From an uncultured Candidatus Entotheonella sp. (lineage in GTDB: Bacteria > Tectomicrobia > Entotheonellia > Entotheonellales > Entotheonellaceae), in contig CBDCDA010000002.1 in the NCBI GenBank assembly GCA_965215335.1, positions 704,001 to 768,000 of the forward strand: 64,000 nt of DNA, read 5' to 3'. Shown piece by piece: positions 1 through 9,298 of this stretch. The notes below the pieces were generated by a model, which was not told the origin of the DNA, did no database searches, and saw nothing but the letters and a program-made list of their open reading frames with translations. How positions within the stretch are numbered: position 1 is the first letter of the stretch; each line of letters opens with the position of its first letter. The position numbers and the translations under genes are program-made.

Positions 1-384
1 TACATCGCCGAAACCTCGACCATCCGCATCATGCGCTTCCCGGTGCGCGCCGACGGCACCCTGGGGCCGCGCGAACAATTCGGCCCGCACCTGGGCGAAA
101 ATGCCTACCCCGACGGCTGCTCCTTCGATCAGGCCGGCAACCTGTGGGTCACCATGCCGTTCCGCAACGCCATCGGCGTGCTGACACCGGAGGCGGAGTG
201 GCGCATCGTGCTGGACGACCCCGTCGGCACCGTCCTGCCGCGTCCGAGCAACCTCTGTTTCGGCGGCGACGATCTGTGCACCGCATACGTGGGTAACCTC
301 GAAGGCGCCACGCTGCCGACTTTCCGCACGCCCTGTCCGGGCATGCCGCTGGCGCATCAATCAAGCATGACGGCGAAGTGGTGA
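1..384 (+). CDS. SMP-30/gluconolactonase/LRE family protein, 3' part (5' end outside window)
   Basis: PDGCSFDQAGNLWV and PSNLCFGGDDL beta-propeller motifs; frame open from base 1. Confidence 0.8.
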   Translation, partial: YIAETSTIRIMRFPVRADGTLGPREQFGPHLGENAYPDGCSFDQAGNLWVTMPFRNAIGVLTPEAEWRIVLDDPVGTVLPRPSNLCFGGDDLCTAYVGNLEGATLPTFRTPCPGMPLAHQSSMTAKW

Positions 385-463
385 CGTCAATGAGGATCGA
401 GACCCCTCGAAAGCAGCAAGACGGGAGCGAGGATTTTCGATAGCAGAAAGGTGGTTCCCACGC

Positions 464-970
464 TCAGCCGGACCTCGACCCGGCGTAGGTGTCCAGGTGC
501 GCAAAGGAGCGCTGCCGGCTGTCCCAGCGGAAGAGCCTGGCCTCGGCAATGTGGTCCGCCTGAGCGTCGATGACGATGTGGTCCACGGGGTAGAGGGGCT
601 CGGCGCTATCGTCGGGTTCGCGGCCCAGCGCGGCGCGGGTGTCCTCGGCGGAAAAGTAGGCGCCGACGTCGGGATGGGAGTGGTAGATGATCTTCACCGG
701 GCGCTCGCCAGAGACGCTCTCGATTAGGAATCTCAAATCCTTGCCGCCGAGGTAATAGGCCTCACGCGCCGTGCGTGGAAAGCGTTCCGGGTCGAGGGCG
801 TGGTAGCGATTCTGCTCGTTGACGCACGGGCGTACTTCGTCGATCACCGGACTGCCGTGCGGTGCGATGAGAAACCCGCAGCACTCCTCGGGATAAGTCT
901 CGTGGGCGTGGGCGTACACGGCATCCAGAACGTGCTGCGGCACGAATGGCAGGGACGCATCGGGCGGCAT
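464..970 (-). CDS. JAMM/MPN+ (Mov34, M67 family) metallopeptidase
   Basis: YPEECCG and YHSHPD-x-AYFSAED JAMM motif. Confidence 0.85.
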   Translation of the reverse strand: MPPDASLPFVPQHVLDAVYAHAHETYPEECCGFLIAPHGSPVIDEVRPCVNEQNRYHALDPERFPRTAREAYYLGGKDLRFLIESVSGERPVKIIYHSHPDVGAYFSAEDTRAALGREPDDSAEPLYPVDHIVIDAQADHIAEARLFRWDSRQRSFAHLDTYAGSRSG

Positions 971-1080
971 GATCGAAACTCCTTATCAGGGATTGCGGGG
1001 ACGAGCGACGGCGGGCACTATATCGCTTCCCGACGGCCAATTGCAATCACGCCGACCTTCACGCCAACGGGTGAATTGTC

Positions 1081-1596
1081 ATGCCGCGAATCTACGACTA
1101 CTGCCCGCGATGCGCCACCACCTTCACCCGCCAGCTGCTGCACGGCCACGAACGCATGGTGTGTCCGGCCTGCCGCTTCATCTTCTGGCAGAATCCCGCT
1201 GTCGGTGTCGCCGTCATCGTTTTGCAGGAGGGCCGCATCGTGCTGGCCCGGCGGGCGCGCGGGGTGTATCGCGGCGCCTGGTGCATTCCGTGCGGCTATG
1301 TGGAGTACGACGAGGAGGTGCGCGCGGCGGCGCGGCGCGAATTCCGTGAGGAGACCGGCTTGCTGGTCGAGATCGGCGAGGTGTACGCCGTGCACTCGAA
1401 TTTCCACGACTCGGCGTCGCATTCGGTCGGCGTCTGGTTTTGGGGCAGCGTGCCGGAAGGCACGCTGCAGGCAGCCGACGACGTCGACCGGGTCGCCTGG
1501 GTTTCCTTGAACGACATGCCGGACAACCTCGCCTTTCCCACCGACCGCTTGGTCATCGAGCGGTTGCAGCGCGAATACGGCCCCGCCAAAGACTGA
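1081..1596 (+). CDS. NUDIX hydrolase with N-terminal zinc ribbon
   Basis: CPRC/CPAC; Nudix box GYVEYDEEVRAAARREFREETG. Confidence 0.9.
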   Translation: MPRIYDYCPRCATTFTRQLLHGHERMVCPACRFIFWQNPAVGVAVIVLQEGRIVLARRARGVYRGAWCIPCGYVEYDEEVRAAARREFREETGLLVEIGEVYAVHSNFHDSASHSVGVWFWGSVPEGTLQAADDVDRVAWVSLNDMPDNLAFPTDRLVIERLQREYGPAKD

Positions 1597-1695
1597 GCAC
1601 ACCTCCCCCCGCTTGCGCTGCATCTGTGCCTCACCTACAATGACCGCCCTCATTCGAGGCTTCCTTGCAACCGTCCACAATACAGGAGGTGTGGC

Positions 1696-2955
1696 GTGAA
1701 ATTCATGCTGTTTGCCCTGCCGACCGTCCCGGCCGAGACGTTTGAGGAACGCAAGCAACTGAGGCCGATCGGCAGAAATGACGACAAGTACCAGCAGATG
1801 ATCGACGAACTGCGCAAGATGGCCGTTTTTGCCGACCAGGCGGGGTTCGACGTGATGGGAACCACCGAGCATCACATGCACTCCGAGGGCATGGAAGCCT
1901 CGGTGGCGCCCATGCTCCTGTACACGGACTTGGCGGCCCGTACCGAGCGGCTCAAGTTCGCTCCCCTCGGCCTCGTCCTGGCCGCCTGGGACCCGATCCG
2001 GGTGGCAGAAGAAGTGGCGGTGTTCGACCACCTCAGCAAGGGCCGCCTGTACGTCGGCTTCGCGCGCGGCTACCAGGACCGCTGGGTCAACATCATGGGG
2101 CAGCAGTACCACTCCACCGGCGCCACCATGGACGGCAGCGCCGTGGATAACCACAACCGCGCGGTTTTCGAGGAAGCGGTCAAGATCATCAAGAAAGCCT
2201 GGACGCAGGCGGCCTTCAACCACGACGGCGAGTACTACAAGGTGCCCTACCCGCACGACACCGGCGTCACCCGTTGGCCAATCACGGAATTCACGAACAC
2301 CTACGGCGCCCCCGGCGAGCTGGACGAAAACGGCGCCGTGCGCAACGTGTGCGTCATTCCGGCGCCCTATCAGAAGCCGCACCCGCCCATGATGCAGCCG
2401 TTCGGCGCCAGCGAGCGCACCATCTTCTGGTGCGCCAAGCAGGGCATCACGCCCTGGATTCTGACCGCCCACCCGGAAAGTTTCCGGCACATCGCCAGGG
2501 TCTATCAGAACTCGGCCAACGACGAGGGCCGCAATCTCAAGTTCGGCGAGGCCCTCGGCGCGGTCCGCTCCGTGCACTTCGGCGACAACGAGCAGGAGGC
2601 CGTCGACCTGCTGGCCAAGACCAATTTTGCCAGCTTCAAAGAGTTCTTCGGGCCGTTCGGCTTCTTCGAGGCGCACCGTTCGCCCGACGACGCTAAGCAG
2701 TACCCTCTCGACCCGTACACCCCGCTGCCGCCCAGGGAGTGGACCGTGCAGCGCCTGCGCGACGTCAAGTACGCCCTTACCGGCACCCCCGATCAGGTCA
2801 AGCGTGAAATCGAGGAACTGCACAAGATGCACGAAGGCGACGGCGAGCTGGAATGGTTCGGCTGGTTCTTCGACCAGGGCATGATGCCGTGGGACGAGCA
2901 GGAACGCCAGTTGGAAATGTTCGCCAAGCACATCATCCCGGCGTTCAAGGACTAA
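1696..2955 (+). CDS. LLM-class (luciferase-like) flavin-dependent oxidoreductase
   Basis: TEHH, DHLSKGRLYVGFARGYQ and PYQKPHPP motifs; RBS AGGAGG. Confidence 0.9.
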   Translation: MKFMLFALPTVPAETFEERKQLRPIGRNDDKYQQMIDELRKMAVFADQAGFDVMGTTEHHMHSEGMEASVAPMLLYTDLAARTERLKFAPLGLVLAAWDPIRVAEEVAVFDHLSKGRLYVGFARGYQDRWVNIMGQQYHSTGATMDGSAVDNHNRAVFEEAVKIIKKAWTQAAFNHDGEYYKVPYPHDTGVTRWPITEFTNTYGAPGELDENGAVRNVCVIPAPYQKPHPPMMQPFGASERTIFWCAKQGITPWILTAHPESFRHIARVYQNSANDEGRNLKFGEALGAVRSVHFGDNEQEAVDLLAKTNFASFKEFFGPFGFFEAHRSPDDAKQYPLDPYTPLPPREWTVQRLRDVKYALTGTPDQVKREIEELHKMHEGDGELEWFGWFFDQGMMPWDEQERQLEMFAKHIIPAFKD

Positions 2956-4248
2956 GGAATTTGATCCAATTTAGGTTTCCAACTTCATCGTGGGTGTAAC
3001 TCATAGTTCCAGTCGCCGTGGAACGCGTTGCGATGGAGCGATAGGGCGTCCATCTCGGCGTTCGTCGTCACCACTGCGGTCGGGTATGTTCTTGCGTCAA
3101 GTTCGGCTCTGACCCGAAGACCTGCGTTGGTACGCGTATTGCCGATCAAATCGACTATGGTCTCAAAGGTCCGCAACGGCTTGCCTCGCCAATTCTGCGT
3201 GATGTGGCAGAACAGACGATGCTCGATCTTGTTCCATTTGCTGGTACCGGGCGGGAAGTGGCTGACGTGGATGCGCACACCCGTCTCGTCGGCAAACTGT
3301 TGCAGTCCGTGCTTCCAGGCGCGACAGCGATACCCGTTGCTACCGCCCGCATCGGCAGTGATGAATAGCTCACGAGCCTCGGAGTAGCGACGCTTGCCCA
3401 TCTCGTCCCACCACCGCCGCAGCGAGGCCACCGCGAACGCCGGCGTGTCGTGGTCACACCCAACACTGACCCATGCTTCGTTGCCTCCCATATCATAGAT
3501 GCCATAGGGAATGGCCTTGCCCGTCGCGTCCTGAGGAAAGTCGTGAACCCGTGATTGCTCGGGCTGCCCCTTCGGTTGCCACTCCCGGCCAGCGTTCTTG
3601 AAATCACCCACCAACTCCTTCTTCTTGGTGTCGACCGATACCACCGGCTGAGCGCGTTGCAAAAACTCATCTGCCTTTGAATTGATATGTTCGAACTGTG
3701 CGTTGCGATCGGGGTGCGACGCCCCTTCTCGACTCTTGCGCACCGATTGCAGGCGATAGCCGAGCTCATGCAGTAAACGGCCCACCGTCGTCGAACTGAC
3801 CTTCCAGCCAGCCTTCGACAGCGCCACGGTGAGCTTCGCTTTGCTCTTGCACGTCCACCTCAACGGCGACTGCGGGTCGCCGCGAGTCAACGGATCAACC
3901 AACTGCTCCAGCGCTTGCTTGATGCCCGGCTGAGACTGCTCGATGCCCGGTCGTCCAGCGCCCGGTCGGCGCACCCGGCCAAACTCAGTGCCACCACCTG
4001 CCAGCTCTCGGCGTCCCGCCCGAATGGTCGGGCGCGACAATCCTGTCGCATCCGACACCAGGGCATCTCCTCCATAGCCGATGGCACGCGACTCCGTGGC
4101 TGCCCAGATACGACGCCCACGCTCATCAAGAAACGCTTCGATCGCCGCGTACTTCTCAACAATGGTGGCTTCGAGTTCGTGATCGCGCCTCATGGAACAA
4201 TTGAAACACAAAACTCAAAACATGAAAAACTAATTTGCGACAAATTCC
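2956..4248 (-). mobile_element. ISAzo13-family insertion sequence
   Basis: Imperfect terminal IRs GGAATTTG.../...CAAATTCC; flanked by TAA at 2953-2955 and 4249-4251 (3-bp TSD). Confidence 0.85.
2985..4193 (-). CDS. ISAzo13-family transposase
   Basis: SVDTKKKELVG, TADAGGSNGYR and PPGTSKWNKIEHRLF motifs. Confidence 0.92.
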   Translation of the reverse strand: MRRDHELEATIVEKYAAIEAFLDERGRRIWAATESRAIGYGGDALVSDATGLSRPTIRAGRRELAGGGTEFGRVRRPGAGRPGIEQSQPGIKQALEQLVDPLTRGDPQSPLRWTCKSKAKLTVALSKAGWKVSSTTVGRLLHELGYRLQSVRKSREGASHPDRNAQFEHINSKADEFLQRAQPVVSVDTKKKELVGDFKNAGREWQPKGQPEQSRVHDFPQDATGKAIPYGIYDMGGNEAWVSVGCDHDTPAFAVASLRRWWDEMGKRRYSEARELFITADAGGSNGYRCRAWKHGLQQFADETGVRIHVSHFPPGTSKWNKIEHRLFCHITQNWRGKPLRTFETIVDLIGNTRTNAGLRVRAELDARTYPTAVVTTNAEMDALSLHRNAFHGDWNYELHPR

Positions 4249-4409
4249 TAAGGATGAACGCAGGTGGTGGCTCAGTTTCAAATGTCCCTTCACTTCTGCC
4301 GGCGCATCGTCCCCTCGGTGAGGGAGAAAATTCAAACTGAGCCACTACCTGTCTCACGGTTCTCTTGTTTGACTCGCAAGCCTGAACATGTGGGAGGCAC
4401 ATCAAAGCC

Positions 4410-5087
4410 ATGCCTGATTTAGAGCAAATCCCGTTTGAGGGTGTTGAATTTGCCGATAATCCTGAGCCTCGATGTCCCTGCGTCTTGCTCCTGGACACGT
4501 CCTATTCGATGAGCGGTGAGAAAATCGCCGAGTTGAACCGCGGTCTCACAACCTTTGCTGAGGAGCTTCGCTCGGATAGCATGGCCGCCAAGCGAGTCGA
4601 GGTTGCGATTGTCACCTTCGGCCCGGTGCGGACCGTTCAGCACTTTGTCACGGCGGATGTGTTCCAGACACCTACGCTTGTCGCAAGTGGCGATACGCCT
4701 ATGGGAACGGCAATCCAAAATTCGGTCGAACTGATTGCAGAGCGCAAGGCGATTTACCGGAGCAGTGGCATTGGCTATTATCGACCTTGGATATTTTTGA
4801 TTACCGATGGCGCCCCGACGGACAGTGTAAGTGCCGCCACCTCGGCCATTCGAGAGGGAGAAACTTCGAGGTCACTCATGTTTTACGCGGTCGGTGTCGC
4901 GGAGTCGGACATGAATCGCCTGGCCCAAATCTCTGTGCGCCAACCTCTGAAGTTACGCGGGCTTTCCTTCAGAGAGCTATTTGTCTGGCTTTCGAATTCA
5001 TTGGGTAGCGTATCCCGCTCGCAACCCGGCGAAGCGGTCCCGCTCACTAACCCGACCGCACCGGACGGCTGGGCCGTCGTGGATTAA
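4410..5087 (+). CDS. terY: TerY-like vWA domain protein (TerY-P triad)
   Basis: [23 protein letters not shown] motif; [16 protein letters not shown]. Confidence 0.9.
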   Translation: MPDLEQIPFEGVEFADNPEPRCPCVLLLDTSYSMSGEKIAELNRGLTTFAEELRSDSMAAKRVEVAIVTFGPVRTVQHFVTADVFQTPTLVASGDTPMGTAIQNSVELIAERKAIYRSSGIGYYRPWIFLITDGAPTDSVSAATSAIREGETSRSLMFYAVGVAESDMNRLAQISVRQPLKLRGLSFRELFVWLSNSLGSVSRSQPGEAVPLTNPTAPDGWAVVD

Positions 5088-5094
5088 GCCGGGT

Positions 5095-5979
5095 ATGTGG
5101 CGATTTGTGACTGCTCGTGCGAGGGGAACGTCTCATATCAGGACCGGCCTCCCTTGCCAGGACCGACTTGACTGCAGAGTGGTGGGAAATCGGACGCTGG
5201 TGGCTGCCGTCGCCGATGGAGCCGGGTCGGCAGCATGGGCGGAACATGGGGCGGCCATCGCGGTCAAGACAGTCGTCGATTTCCTGTCCTGCCAACTTGA
5301 CGCCAGCCGGTTGGATTATGCCGCGATGTTGCGAGAGGCGGCGGTGGAAGCCCGTGAGGCAGTTCTTGCCGAAACCCATCGCCTTGGAGCAAAGCCGCGC
5401 GATCTTGCATCGACTCTCCTTGTTGTAATAGCAGGACCAGACAACGGGAGCGCGCTGCAGATTGGCGACGGCGTAATTGTAGCCAGCGGGGGAAACGACT
5501 GGAGCTGGGTATTCTGTCCACAGCGGGACACGACAAAAATCCCTTGGGCACTCTGGCCGCAACGTGTTGTGCATGGCAACCAGATTCTAGTAAATCAGAC
5601 CCCGAAATTCCGCTGGATATTCTGGCCGCAACGCGGTGAGTACGCCAACACGACACGCTTCCTGACCGATATGGATGCGGTGGAACGCCTTCAGGTCGCC
5701 CTCCGTTTAGGCAAGGTTACGGATATCGCGCTGATGACGGATGGCCTTGAGTCGCTCGCCCTGCACTACGCCAGTACGTCGGCCTATAACCCGTTCTTCC
5801 ATGGCATGTTCCGACCGCTTGTGAACGCAGCTGAAGCCGATGTAGATAAGGACAGGGAGATCAAGCATCTGTCGGCAATACTGGAGAGCTTTCTCTCATC
5901 CGAGCGGGTTCGATCTCGGACAGACGACGATGCGTCGCTCATTCTGGCCACCTACCGACGGCAAGGCGATATAGCATGA
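5095..5979 (+). CDS. PP2C-like phosphatase (TerY-P triad)
   Basis: GTSH..PCQD, VADGAGSA, IGDG, MTDGLE and TDDDASL motifs. Confidence 0.88.
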   Translation: MWRFVTARARGTSHIRTGLPCQDRLDCRVVGNRTLVAAVADGAGSAAWAEHGAAIAVKTVVDFLSCQLDASRLDYAAMLREAAVEAREAVLAETHRLGAKPRDLASTLLVVIAGPDNGSALQIGDGVIVASGGNDWSWVFCPQRDTTKIPWALWPQRVVHGNQILVNQTPKFRWIFWPQRGEYANTTRFLTDMDAVERLQVALRLGKVTDIALMTDGLESLALHYASTSAYNPFFHGMFRPLVNAAEADVDKDREIKHLSAILESFLSSERVRSRTDDDASLILATYRRQGDIA

Positions 5980-7916
5980 TGCAGATGACGCTGATGCGTG
6001 CGGGTACAAACATCCGTCTCGGTCAGGAACTTGCTCGGGGTGGAGAAGGGACGGTGTTTGCGGTCGATGGATGGAAGGATTGGAGTGCCAAAATCTATTC
6101 ATCGCCACCTGATCGTAGAAAAGCTCAGAAACTTGAGGTCATGACGGGGGAGAAGAGCCCGTCGCTTCATCGGATTGCCGCTTGGCCCAAGGACCTTTTG
6201 ATCGACAGCGCGCAAAAGCCGCGTGGATTCATCATGCCTTGGGTCGACGCGCGCGGGGCCATCCACGAGCTTTACAGCCCTAAAAGCCGCTTAGAAGTTT
6301 TTCCAAAGGCAGATTTCCAATTCTTAGTTGGCGTTGCAGCCAATGTTTCCCGGGCCTTTGCAGTCGTTCACGAGCAAGGCCACGTCGTGGGCGACGTGAA
6401 TCATGGCAACCTGCTCGTCAGGACAGACGGGACCGTGAAGTTCATCGACTGCGACTCGTTTCAGATCCGAAAAAGTAAGGGCCACGACCGCCCAGATGTC
6501 TATACCTGCGACGTTGGTGTACCGCTATACACAGCGCCGGAACTTCACGGGCGCGCGTTTCGCGGGCTTGATCGGGACGCTAATCATGATCGGTTCGGCC
6601 TCGCTGTCCTCCTGTTTCACCTTCTCTACATGGGCCGGCATCCGTTTGCAGGACGATATTCTGGCTCTGGTGAGATGCCGATTGAGAAAGCAATCGGTGA
6701 GTATCGCTTCGCCTACGGCCCGGACGGTGCTGCGAAAGGCATGGAGCGTCCACCGGGTACGGTCCCTTTGGAGACGATGGGCAGAGCTATCGCGCAGCTT
6801 TTCATCCATGCTTTCGGACACGATGGCAGCATCGGCGTACGGCCGGATGCGAAGACTTGGGTCAAGGCACTTGAGGGGCTGCAATCTGGCCTAAGGGTAT
6901 GTTCCACGGCGAGTTGGCATCATTATCCGGGAGGGCTGGCAGCGTGCCCGTGGTGTACAGTTGAATCACAGGCAAACGTGTGTCTGTTCGGGCAATGGAT
7001 TGTAGTAAGCAGAACGACAAAAACAATTGATCTTGCTGAGCTTTGGGGAGCGATTTTGGCTGTCCCGGATCCGGGCGCGATCCCAGCACCTCCTTCTGAA
7101 CGGCCATGGCATCTACCGCCTGGGATAGAAGTACCAAGCCGCAAACCACTGAGGATTTTCAGTATCAGTGTCGGGCTTGTATTTGCGGGATTCGTAGCGT
7201 ATATCGTGCCCGTCAAGGACGTAGGAATCGTCCTCGCGGGAATCGTCCTCGCGGCTTTGCTTTTATGGCCACGGGCCTCAGCCGATAAGCGGGCTGCAGC
7301 CAATGGAGTATATCAGGCAGCAAAAGCAGAATGGGAAGGCGCTTTGGCTCAGTGGAAGCGTGAGGCATCCCCAGATGTCTTCGCTCGAAAGCGGGAGGCT
7401 TTGGAAAAGGCGCGTGCGGAAATGAAAGACCTACCAAACGAACAGCGTCGCCGGCTAGCGAAGCTGGAGGCGAAACGAGAGATGCGCCAGCGTCAGCGAT
7501 ATCTCAACAGGTTTCGCATCAGCCGGACTAATATTCCTGGGATCGGTGTAAGCCGAAGCAGCATGCTGGCTTCTTATGGTATTGAGACCGCAGCCGATAT
7601 TAAAAGCCCGGGACAGATCCTTCAAATACCGGGCTTCGGGGAAGTAATGACCTCTGAACTGATGCAATGGCGAAAAGGACACGAACGAAACTTCCAGTTC
7701 AATCCGAGCGAGCCAGTTGACCGGCGTGAGATCGACGCCATAAATCGAGAGCTTGACATACGAAGGCAGAGCTTGCTGGCAACGCTGCGACAAGGGCCTG
7801 ATGAGCTACGTCGGCTCCGCCAAGAGATTATCGGGGCCCGTGAACGGTTGATGCCAACATTAGAGAAGGCATGGGACGAACTCAAGATCGCGGAAGCACG
7901 ACGCAACGCACTCTGA
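5976..7916 (+). CDS. Ser/Thr kinase-like protein with TM segment and C-terminal helix-hairpin-helix (TerY-P triad)
   Basis: GGEG, GDVNHGN, IDCDSFQ, YTAPEL; IPGIG/IPGFG HhH repeats; ATGA overlap with phosphatase. Confidence 0.88.
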   Translation: MMQMTLMRAGTNIRLGQELARGGEGTVFAVDGWKDWSAKIYSSPPDRRKAQKLEVMTGEKSPSLHRIAAWPKDLLIDSAQKPRGFIMPWVDARGAIHELYSPKSRLEVFPKADFQFLVGVAANVSRAFAVVHEQGHVVGDVNHGNLLVRTDGTVKFIDCDSFQIRKSKGHDRPDVYTCDVGVPLYTAPELHGRAFRGLDRDANHDRFGLAVLLFHLLYMGRHPFAGRYSGSGEMPIEKAIGEYRFAYGPDGAAKGMERPPGTVPLETMGRAIAQLFIHAFGHDGSIGVRPDAKTWVKALEGLQSGLRVCSTASWHHYPGGLAACPWCTVESQANVCLFGQWIVVSRTTKTIDLAELWGAILAVPDPGAIPAPPSERPWHLPPGIEVPSRKPLRIFSISVGLVFAGFVAYIVPVKDVGIVLAGIVLAALLLWPRASADKRAAANGVYQAAKAEWEGALAQWKREASPDVFARKREALEKARAEMKDLPNEQRRRLAKLEAKREMRQRQRYLNRFRISRTNIPGIGVSRSSMLASYGIETAADIKSPGQILQIPGFGEVMTSELMQWRKGHERNFQFNPSEPVDRREIDAINRELDIRRQSLLATLRQGPDELRRLRQEIIGARERLMPTLEKAWDELKIAEARRNAL

Positions 7917-7992
7917 GGATGAATTGAAGACCGGCACCTTGCACGCCCTGCTGGTCCAGCTTGGTTTGGCACGCGCCGACCTGTAGGAGGTC

Positions 7993-8170
7993 CAGGGTAA
8001 GCGCATATGGCGTCATCGGGTTACGGTAGTTCAGAATTGCCTGGCTCCATGCAAGACCATCGTAACGTCATTCCGGCGAAAGCCGGAATCCATTCATGTC
8101 GTCGTGGATGCCGGGTCAAGCCCGGCATGACGTGCAGACGGCCCTTTTGGACCCATATGCGCTCGCCCTG
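7993..8170. mobile_element. 178-bp MITE-like element with ISAs1-type ends
   Basis: Ends CAGGGTAAGCGCATATG and CATATGCGCTCGCCCTG match the ends of the ISAs1 element at 59649-60889; no transposase inside. Confidence 0.7.
8066..8132. repeat. REP-like palindromic element
   Basis: CGTCATTCCGGCGAAAGCCGGAATCCA...TGGATGCCGGGTCAAGCCCGGCATGACG two-hairpin structure. Confidence 0.7.
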
Positions 8171-8396
8171 CCTATCTGCGCTTGCCGTGCAGACAAGTGA
8201 GTTGCTACCCTGGCGTCGGATTGTGCTGCTCTGGAGGTGCAGCTGTGGGAGGCCCACCCGTTGCACGGCCTGCGGTTAGGTCAGACCGCACGGGCAGGCT
8301 GGAGCGATCGGGTCATCTCCTGGTTCATCGCAGCCTGGATCCCGGCTGTTGAATGGAGGAGCGCAGACCGGTTATTGATTGAAGTGAGGATTGCGC

Positions 8397-9164
8397 GTGT
8401 CTTTTACCGTCACCGACTTTCATGATCTGGTGCACCTCCTGGAGGAAAGACCGGAGTGGCGAACCGAGCTCCGGCGTCTGGTGCTCAGTGCCGACTTCCT
8501 GGAGATGCCGGGGGAGCTTGCTAAACTGCAGCGTGAGACCGCCGAGCTGCAGCTTGGTCTCACCGAGCTGCGGCACGAGACCGAGCAGCTGCGGCACGAG
8601 ACCGAGCGGCGCTTCCAGGAACTGATCGCGACGCAGGAGCGGTTCGCGGAGGAACTCGCCGCCCTGACCCGTATCGTTCGGGTCCTCGCGGACGACGTCG
8701 GGAAGCTGAAGGGCACCGACCTGGAGCGGCGCTACCGCGAGCGGCCCTTTGCCCACTTCGGGCGGTTGATCCGGCGGGCGCACGTGTTCACTGAGGAGGA
8801 GCTTGCCGACCTGCTCGAAGCGGGGACGGCACGCGGCGTGCTGTCGGAGAACGAGGCGGATCAGGTGACGTGGGCCGACCTCGTCGTGCGCGGCAAGCGC
8901 CGCGACGATGGCACCGAGGTGTCCTTGGTCGTGGAAGTCTCCTGGGGCGTAGGGCCGCACGACGTGGCGCGAGCGTTAGAGCGGGCACGGCTGCTTGCCC
9001 GGCTGGTGTCGCCCGTGTTGCCGGTGGTAGCCGGGGAAGTCGTGACCCCCGAAGCGGCGCGTCGAGCCGTCGCCGAAGGCGTGTGGCAGGTGCTGCCCGG
9101 GCGAGTGATTCCACCGCAGACGATCGCGCCCGGTAGCCGAGCTGCCACAGAGGAGGGTGCATGA
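8397..9164 (+). CDS. Coiled-coil protein with probable C-terminal PD-(D/E)xK-like domain
   Basis: Heptad repeats (ELRHETEQLRHETE), then DLVVRG...VVEVS; exact start uncertain. Confidence 0.65.
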   Translation: MSFTVTDFHDLVHLLEERPEWRTELRRLVLSADFLEMPGELAKLQRETAELQLGLTELRHETEQLRHETERRFQELIATQERFAEELAALTRIVRVLADDVGKLKGTDLERRYRERPFAHFGRLIRRAHVFTEEELADLLEAGTARGVLSENEADQVTWADLVVRGKRRDDGTEVSLVVEVSWGVGPHDVARALERARLLARLVSPVLPVVAGEVVTPEAARRAVAEGVWQVLPGRVIPPQTIAPGSRAATEEGA

Positions 9165-9298
9165 CGACATGACGACTTCCGAATCGCGGCGTGCCGCCGC
9201 TTTTATTGGCAGGTCAACGTAACGCCGCAATCGATTGGCGAACAGTGGCGGAGGACATTCGGGTCTACATCACGAAAGGAGAAAAAAGGAGAAAGACG

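Noticed and set aside
1018..2931. 637-aa minus-strand ORF
   Set aside because: Antisense shadow of the NUDIX and LLM genes.
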